Assembly: GCA_016748015.1 (NCBI GenBank)
Contig: JAAOMT010000703.1
Coordinates: 928,255-992,254 of the forward strand
Length of the DNA: 64,000 nt
Direction: 5' to 3'
DNA from: Geosiphon pyriformis uo1
Taxonomy: Eukaryota; Fungi; Glomeromycota
The notes under the pieces were generated by a model. It worked only from the letters and a program-made list of their open reading frames with translations, was not told where the DNA came from and searched no databases. This document shows, piece after piece, positions 62,912 through 64,000 of this stretch. The translations under genes were made by a program, and so were the position numbers. The first letter of the stretch is position 1. Every line of letters begins with the position of its first letter.

Positions 62912-64000
62912 ATATTTTCTACATATTCTGCATCAATTATTTCTCCTCTGATGTTGATTCTCTTTTTTGCTAAGCTACTTCTAGATACTAGTTGAACTAT
63001 TGTTGTTGCTGGTATTTCTAATGCTACTTTGAGATCAATGCATGTGTGCAAATATGGTTCCAATTTAATGGCATCTTTTCCTGGATATCTCAGATAAAAT
63101 TTTGCATCAGTATCATGCACACATTCTGGCATAATACTTTCATTATCATCACTGAACTATTTTAGTTCTTGCTCTTTGGTGAGGTCAGGAAGCACAATAT
63201 ATTGTTCAAAGTTTGAATCGGAGTTTGAATTTGAGTTAAAATTGTTGCTATATTGAGTGGAGCTGAAACTAGTGTTTTTGTCATCATTATTGTCGGAGTT
63301 TGAATTGAAATTGAAAATCAATTCCAATTCTGATACACAGCTGTTGATTGGTTCTTTTTCTTCTAGAATTATGTAGATCATGCATGTTAGTAGATTGTAA
63401 ATAAGGTCACAATCATTACAGTATTGAAATCAAACAGTGGTCACATAGTTTTGTGTTTATTTCTTCCAACCATTGCTCTTGTTCTTCTCTAGTGAGTGCT
63501 AAGTTTTGATAATGTTCATGAAATTTTTCTGAATCTGTTTCAATATCTAAGAATACTTCTGAATTGGAGATCAAAACAATGTTGACTGGTTCTGGTGGAT
63601 TGTTTTTGATCTCTAAGATTTTGCTGGGCATGGCTTCTTTGACTTTGGCATTGGCCATACACTAGATCTTGTCTTTGTCATGTAAATATCCATCTAAGCG
63701 ATTGATTGCTCAGTATCAGGCTGCAGTAATAGGCATTCCATGACTCACCCAGTCATTAATAAGGATTATGTATTGGCACAAAGCATCACACATTTCTCCT
63801 TACCCAGGAATGTTATTCCACATTCTTTTGTCAAGCAACTGTTTGTCACAAGCAAGACATAGTTTGTTGTCCCACTTTTTTTGACATTTTGGGTACCCAT
63901 ATCATTCTCTATAACATGGTTTACAGTAATAATGTGTGCATGTCCAATAGTCTTCATCTGGTGCCACCCAAGTTCCCATGGAAGAAAGTTTCTTCTCACA

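Larger units (their letters stand above)
50216..64000 (-). mobile_element. Ty3/Gypsy element G2 (G1-like, dUTPase-bearing); 5' part beyond window; interrupted by G3
   Basis: 3' LTR 50216-51061 (TGTTA...TAACA); PPT AAAAGAAGAGAATAA on the minus strand; post-IN domain 51080-51760; IN 51765-53141; RH/RT 53171-54480; dUTPase halves 54996-55171 and 62912-63132; Cys cassette 63420-64000. Confidence 0.92.

Overview
Eukaryotic, intron-containing fungal DNA. The SPT3 sequence and repeat families suggest an early-diverging fungus, probably Glomeromycotina; that taxonomy is inference only. Most of the window is nested retrotransposon sequence. The only host island (~32.0-34.8 kb) holds an intact 5-exon SPT3 gene and a TRAF-type zinc-finger pseudogene. 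Gypsy elements: G1 (3693-13184, +, complete, inserted in LINE A), G2 (50216 to beyond 64000, -), G3 (55172-62911, -, complete, inserted in the dUTPase of G2) and a heavily eroded relic G4 (~35.2-38.2 kb). LINEs of one APE-RT-RNase H family: three near-full-length copies, a 5'-truncated copy, an eroded relic, and an ORF1-only derivative that carries the LINE 3' tail. Main observations: (1) in all four Gypsy copies the integrase is a separate ORF after a stop that ends RNase H, followed by an uncharacterised helical domain; G1 and G2 also carry a multi-Cys cassette plus dUTPase between protease and RT. (2) Repeats show purely C:G>T:A erosion in CpA and CpG contexts (22 of 22 G1 LTR-LTR substitutions are transitions), grading into AT deserts that still align to TEs, while SPT3 is spared; this is RIP-like. 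(3) The LINE 3' UTR is a conserved double hairpin shared with the ORF1-only element. A 2.2 kb exact duplication around an N gap is an assembly artefact. All alignments and counts were done by eye.
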